A stretch of DNA of 64,000 bases from Rebecca billardiae RCC1528 (taxonomy: Eukaryota > Protista > Haptophyta): assembly GCA_965240325.2 (NCBI GenBank), contig OZ251227.1, positions 682,001 to 746,000 of the forward strand, given 5' to 3'. This document shows positions 57,689 through 64,000 of this stretch, piece after piece (the first letter of the stretch is position 1; every line of letters starts with the position of its first letter). Below the pieces are notes generated by a model that ran no database searches, had not been told where the DNA came from, and was given only the letters and a program-made list of their open reading frames with translations. A program made the translations under genes and the position numbers.

Positions 57689-60600
57689 GAGCTCAAAGCG
57701 CCGGCTGCGACCGACGACTTGGCCAACGACCTTCCCGAGCGCGACGAGAGACACACGCACGAGTTCGACGAAGCGTTCAGTCAGTCATGCTCGAACAGGA
57801 GGGCAGGTGCGCGCATCGAGCACACCCAGGCGCCCGCGCACGCAACGTGCGCCGCGCGCGCTAGCATAGCTCACTCGGGTGCGGCGTCGCGCCGCTCGCG
57901 CTGCCGGGCCTTCATCAGCGACAGCAGTGCCATCCGCCAAGGAGAACCGTGCGCGCGCGCCTCGCGCGACGCGGCGGCGTTCTCGCGTCTGCCCAGACGC
58001 GTGCGAACTACCGCGCACGCGATGTCCCGACTCTGGCGCGCGTCCGGGCGGATGACTCACGCGACGATCCCACCTGGCGTGACGCGCGCGTGCATGCATG
58101 CGCGACACTTGCTGGCACGGCGGACTCACCGGCGGCGTGTGAGCAGCGGCGCGGATGACATGGACGTGGAGATCGTTGATTTGCCGGACGAGAATGCAGG
58201 GCGCGCGAATGACAAGTCCGAGGCGGCCAGCGACCTGCCACAACAAGCGGATGCTTCGCTCAAACAGCCCGTCGACGAGCGGTTCGCACAAGTCAACGTG
58301 CTGCACGCACACGAGGCGCTGCGCAGGGCTCAGGAAGCCTACGACGAGGCTCGCGCGGACCTACAGCACGCCGAGCAGACGAGGAAGCGCAAGGCCATTC
58401 AAAGCTCGCGCGTGCTGGAGCGCGGGTCCCTATGGGGTGTCCATGACGACGACACGCTCCAAGACCAAGATCTCTACGCAAAGCTCAGCCGATGCGAGGC
58501 GCACGTCAAGAAGTTGCGTCACGAGATGCTATGGAACGCGTTCAAGCCTTCCGTCGCGTCGGGCGACGCAGAGTTGGTGGAGCAGCAGCACGGCGCGCAA
58601 ACGGCGGCAGCCGATTCGTCGTCCGGCACGAGTGGCAGGCACGTGAACAGCACTCAGATCGAGGTCGACGAGGACCCTGCAAAGCTGCCGGCCCACGACA
58701 AGGTAAAGGCAGCGCTGCCCGCGCGGCGGCCTGCCACCGGTGAGCTCCCTGGCGCGGAGACCCGCGCGTATGCTCACCGCGCCGACACGCCCGCCGTCCG
58801 CCGTCCGCGCCTGCCTGCAGCCCTGCGACGACGACAAGTTGAAGGCCGCTTACAACTCGCTGCTGGACAAGCCCGGCGTGAAGCAGGCGCAGGTCGCCTT
58901 CGCTGCGCAACTTTCCAAGGCAGTGCTCTCGAAGTGGCAGCGTGGCCACTCGCAGATGTCCGAGCCCAACTCCCGCCGCCTGGCGGCCTGGTTCGAAACC
59001 GATGGCCCGCACCGCGTGCGCGAGGCGGCCGCCGCCGAGCTGGCGCGGAAGCAGACGGTCAAGGAGGCGGCCGAGAAGAAGGCCGAGAAGGAGCTGGCGC
59101 GGAAGCAGCAGATCAAGGCGGACAAGAAGGAGGCGGCCGAGAAGAAGGTGCGCTGCCCGCGCGCTGCGGCCTGCCACCGGTGAGCTCCCTGGCGCGGAGA
59201 CCCGCGCGTATGCTCACCGCGCCGACACGCCCGCCGTCCGCCGTACGCGCCTGCCTGCAGCCCTACGACAAGTTGAAGGCCGCTTACAACTCGCTGCTGG
59301 ACGAGCCCGGCGTGAAGCAGACGCGGGTCGCCGCCGCTGCGCTACTTGAAGATGCAGTGCTCTCGAGGTGGCGGGATGGCCACTCGCAGATGTCCGAGCC
59401 CAACTCCCGCCGCCTGGCGGCCTGGTTCGAAACCGATGGCCCGCGCCGCGTGCGCGAGGCGGCCGCCGCCGAGCTGGCGCAGAAGCAGGCGGTCAAGGAG
59501 GCGGCCGCCGAGAAGGAGCTGGCGCGGAAGCAGCAGATCGAGGCGGACAAGAAGGAGGCGGCCGAGAAGAAGGCCGAGAAGGAGCTGGCGCGGAAGCAGC
59601 AGATCAAGGCGGACAAGAAGGAGGCGGCCGAGAAGAAGGCCGAGAAGGAGCTGGCGCGGAAGCAGCAGATCGAGGCGGACAAGAAGAAGGCGGCCGAGAA
59701 GGAGCTGGCGCGGAAGCAGCAGATCGAGGCGGACAAGAAGAAGGCGGCCGAGAAGGAGCTGGCGCGGAAGCAGCAGATCAAGGCGGACAAGAAGGAGGCG
59801 GCCGAGAAGAAGGTGCGCTGCCCGCGCGCTGCGGCCTGCCACCGGTGAGCTCCCTGGCGCGGAGACCCGCGCGTATGCTCACCGCGCCGACACGCCCGCC
59901 GTCCGCCGTCCGCGCCTGCCTGCAGCCCTGCGACAACGACAAGTTGAAGGCCGCTTACAACTCGCTGCTGGGCGAGCCCGGCGTGAAGCAGACGCGGGTC
60001 GCCGCCGCTGCGCTACTTGAAGATGCAGTGCTCTCGAGGTGGCGGGGTGGCCACTCGCAGATGTCCGAGCCCAACTCCCGCCGCCTGGCGGCCTGGTTCG
60101 AAACCGATGGCCCGCGCCGCGTGCGCGAGGCGGCCGCCGCCGAGCTGGCGCAGAAGCAGGCGGTCAAGGAGGCGGCCGCCGAGAAGGAGCTGGCGCGGAA
60201 GCAGCAGATCGAGGCGGACAAGAAGGAGGCGGCCGAGAAGGAGCTGGCGCGGAAGCAGCAGATCGAGGCGGACAAGAAGGAGGCGGCCGAGAAGAAGGCC
60301 GAGAAGGAGCTGGCGCGGAAGCAGCAGATCAAGGCGGACAAGAAGAAGGCGGCCGAGAAGGAGCTGGCGCGGAAGCAGCAGATCAAGGCGGACAAGAAGG
60401 AGGCGGCCGAGAAGAAGGCCGAGAAGGAGCTGGCGCGGAAGCAGCAGATCGAGGCGGACAAGAAGGAGGCGGCCGAGAAGAAGGCCGAGAAGGAGCTGGC
60501 GCGGAAGCAGCAGATCGAGGCGGACAAGAAGAAGGCGGCCGAGAAGGAGCTGGCGCGGAAGCAGCAGATCAAGGCGGACAAGAAGGAGGCGGCCGAGAAG

Positions 60601-62507
60601 AAGGTGCGCTGCCCGCGCGCTGCGGCCTGCCACCGGTGAGCTCCCTGGCGCGGAGATCCGCGCACTGTGTGCTCACTCACCTCCCCCACGCGCCCGCCGC
60701 ATCCGTGCTCAGGCTGAGGCACGTGCGCTACCGCTAGGCGCGCCTGCAGCATCCTTATCTCGCAACCCTGCGGCGAGCCGGCGACCACGCGCACTCGCGA
60801 GGCAGGCGTGGCGTGCTCATCGCAGTCCGTGCCCGGCGGTGCCCTCTGCGTGCCGCGCAGGCCAATGCAGGCTATGGTGCTGTCGCACACCTGCTGACCG
60901 CCATGCCCACCGATCCCGCCGAGGGCCAAAACGCATGGCAGCACTACCGCGACGGTGCAGCCGTGGCTGCATTCACCGAGCAACTTCTTCCGTATCTCCG
61001 GGACCCGGTCACCATGGACGCTTTGATCGCCGCCGATGTTCCGCATGACGAGCTGTGGAAGCACGTGCCAGACGAGTTCGTCCGCAAGATGATGAACGAG
61101 CAGGGCGCGACCGTCGCGGAAGTCAACGACATCCTTGCGTGGCTGCTTGGCCGCATCGTCCAGCCCGACCTTCTCGTGTCCGTCACACAGGTGGAGTTGC
61201 CGCCCGACGGCGACTACGGTGAGGACTGGCGCAACGACCCGCAGGCGCTGGAGAGGGTGGTCGCTTTTGTGCACACGGAACAGCACGCTGCGGCCGTCGC
61301 GCTGCAGACGCACGCCGTCCACGTGCCCGCGAAGGACGTGTACGCGCTGGGTCTCTTCCAGCTGCCCGCGTCCGCCGGGGCAGCGAACGACGCGATGGAG
61401 GAGGAGGCGCCCGCAGAGTTCAAGCGCTCGGGCGTTTCACAGATGGCAAGCTTCACGGCGGCAGCCGTCGCCGAGCTGGCTGTCGCGGCAAGTACCAGCG
61501 AGAACAAGGCGCATGCCGTGATCCGGGCCTATCCCCGCTTAAGTGCACGCACAGCCACCAGCAAACCACGGAGCGTCGAGGCTCTGCTGAAGCACGAGGA
61601 CGAGAAGGTGCGCGTGGGCGCACGGCATTTGCAGGAGATCTTCAACCAGTGGTCGCGCGCGTGCACGGCGTGGAGCGCAATTGTACAAGCGCAGGTCGCG
61701 CCGAAGGGGGACCGCATCGCCGCGTACATGAGGCAGTGCGCGGAGCTGAGCCCATTGATGAGGGGCGCCCCGCTGCCGGCCCGAGTCAGCGCCACTCGTG
61801 GCGCGCGCAACGCGTTGCCGGTCTTGACCGGCTCCCTGCATGCCGACAGGACGATTGCGACTCCCAATGCGCGGATGCATCTCGGCATCAACTCCAAGGA
61901 CGCGGTGTTTGTCGGCATCTTCCGGGATGCAGACACCGGCGACTTCTGCCAGCTGCACATCCACATGCGGGAAGGGCCGTTTGAGGCGCTCGTGATGTCG
62001 AGCTTCGTCGCCGGAGCCGACCCCATCTTCCTCGCGTTTGCGCCGGGCGCGAGCCAGGGCCTCGGCCTCGGGCAGGGGCGCGTCGTCAAGCTTGGCGGCG
62101 CCGTGGTGCACACGATGCATGGCTGCGCACCGTCGCCCGTCGCGCGCATCGCGGGCGAGCAGGTGCGCACGCACCACGTCAAGGTCGACTGCGGCATGGG
62201 AAGGCCGGCGGAGTGGCCTGCCCGCATGGCCGGCGGCGGCGCGGCGGCTGGGCCGACGGGCCTGCCGTTCGTGCAGCTCGTCGTCGGCGATAGCCAGTGC
62301 CTGCCGGCCGACGCGCCCTTCCCCGCGGCGGCCACGTTCGTCGTGGACGCGCAGGCGAGTGCCCTCTTCGAGTACACACGGCATGCCGCCATGGCACCCG
62401 GGCTGGCGAGGGCGATGGGGGCTGAGATCGGTGATGGTGTGACGCTGGCGGAGCCCGATCCGGCAGCCCTCCAGGCCATGCGCGACGGCCTGATCAACCG
62501 CCTCTGA
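57689..62507 (+). CDS. Multi-exon protein: N-terminal coiled region, three tandem XRE/Cro-like HTH + (AEKELARKQQIxADKKxA)n units, large C-terminal domain; 5' end uncertain
   Basis: Phase-0 introns 58703-58820, 59148-59260, 59813-59925 and 60604-(60712/60860). Exons 58821-59147, 59261-59812 and 59926-60603 are all multiples of 3. HTH-like GVKQxxVAxAAxLxxAVLSxWxxG. Final exon open to 62507. Confidence 0.75.
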
Positions 62508-62574
62508 GCTACTGAGACATTGCGACGATATGAATAAATAATACTGTTATTCAATAAGACGGTGACGATTAACA

Positions 62575-62577
<3 letters not shown>

Positions 62578-62645
<68 letters not shown>
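62578..62645. repeat. (TA)n microsatellite
   Basis: Direct observation. Confidence 0.97.
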
Positions 62646-62922
62646 TAACGACGTGGTGATGCAACGTCGCAGGCGTCAAAGTCAGCAAGCTGTAGCAGCA
62701 TCAGATCGAGCAGCAGAGTCAAACACTCAAACACCAGGATCAGCGCTCCTCGCCGTCGTCCCCCCCCCCCTCGTAGTCGCCCATCACTCCATCGCCGTGA
62801 GCGGAAGCTCGACGCACCGTCTGGCGTCGACGCGCGCGCGCCACCGCGGTGGTCGCGGTGCCACGCGTCGTCAGCCGTCGTCTCGAAGTAGTCGTCGTAT
62901 GCAGCGCCCCCGCGGGCGCGTG
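62644..62922. repeat. Dispersed repeat family B (copy abutting a (TA)n tract)
   Basis: Aligns with 45283-45575. Confidence 0.85.
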
Positions 62923-63819
62923 CATTGCGTCAATCTGAGGTGGGCCGAAACGAGTGTTTGGCAGACGTCGAGGAAAAAACATGGCCGCCCCTGATTGGCT
63001 GAGGCTTTAACACCCTTCAATAGCGCTCGAGAGCGCAAGATTCCCGTAATAGGGAGGTCCGCAGGGACTCTTCAATCTTCCCATCGTCGCGCTTCGAGGA
63101 CCAGCTCCAGCTCCGCCTTCCGACCGAGCCACCGAGGGGAGGTGAAGCTGGCGCCCTGGCCTTTCCCGGTCGAACACCTGCTCGCTACTACAGCTCGGGC
63201 TGCGGTCCGAACACGGCGTGGCAGAATGGCGCCAAGCAGTAAGGTGATGGACGCGGCTGGGCGTTGACCGTTGCCCAAGACCGGCGGGTGCTGCGCGGTA
63301 AATTGCTCGTGCGCGGCGGGCCGGTCAGTTGGAGTCCGCGCTCCGCAGCGCGGAGCACGTGAAGCGAACAGAGTGTCCGCAGCCACAGATGCGGTGGTCA
63401 GCTCATGCAGGTTCGTGATCAACCAGTTCTCGCGCGGCCATCAACACCGCCACGCCCTGCCCCTGATCATCTCGTCGCTCGAGAACCCGCGCGAGCGGGA
63501 AATGGATGGGTCGGGCATGGCGGGCATCGAGTCCTACCTCTTCTTGCAGTGCTCCCTGCAGCCGCAGTCACTGCTCGACAGCATGGGTGGTGCAGTCAGG
63601 TCGGGAGCACCGTCAGAGCCCATTGCCTTGCCAAGGCTGGTGTACTTTGACCGAAGCCACTTCTGCGCGGAGGCGGCTGGTGACGCCATCATTGCCAATC
63701 GCGCCGGCCGCGAGTCACATTCAACACCGACGACGAGGCGAGGCGCGGAAGAAGCTGCGGTGGCTGCTGCTGTACAGGTCCGGGGTGCCCAAGACTAGGG
63801 CGATAACGGCCATCCTACG

Positions 63820-63995
63820 GTGCTGCCCGGTGAGAACGTGCTCCGATGATCATCCGATGATCATAGTGTCTGTGCGCCGCGCCGACAGGCACCCCCGCCG
63901 CGGCACTATTCTCGTGCAGTGCTGCCCGGCGGTGAGAACGTGCTCTGATAATCATGATAGCAGTCTGCGTCTGTGCGCCGCCGGGCACCGCCACT
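63820..63995. repeat. Two degenerate ~100-bp-period tandem units
   Basis: gtgctgcccgg(cgg)tgagaacgtgctc...gtctgtgcgccgc...ggcacc present twice. Confidence 0.75.
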
Positions 63996-64000
63996 TTTCC

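Noticed and set aside
58703-60650. Possible CRISPR-like or regularly spaced repeat array
   Set aside because: The repeats are duplicated introns and coding minisatellite units with no unique spacers and no cas genes; the context is eukaryotic.

Overview
Very GC-rich eukaryotic nuclear DNA with short, extremely GC-rich GTGCGC...GCGCAG introns, (TA)n microsatellites and bipartite plastid-type leaders. This is consistent with a haptophyte alga such as Pavlovales (inference). Recognisable genes: a secreted C-type lectin with a PPSPP stalk (runs off the left edge and is missed by the ORF track), POLD4, a four-domain EEEE voltage-gated Ca2+ channel, a Sel1-repeat/MYND protein, an ER saposin/Canopy-like protein, a ~4,100-aa VPS13-like lipid-bridge protein, a TylF-like methyltransferase, 6-phosphogluconolactonase, a MANF-C-terminal-domain protein, a DUF836 glutaredoxin-like protein, UNG, mitochondrial EF-G1, a MYND protein and UVSSA. 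The most striking observation is a gene at 58-62.5 kb built from tandem intron+exon units, each encoding an XRE-type HTH. Its introns are almost identical, every codon difference seen between HTH copies changes the amino acid, and a possible 2OG-Fe(II) dioxygenase domain follows, a PRDM9-like pattern. Other notable items: a GyrA/ParC-like segment inside the VPS13-like protein, a foldback element with 430-bp inverted arms and a TSD, a TIR element carrying spliced cargo, and dispersed repeats that decay mainly by short insertions. All calls are by eye; no searches were run.
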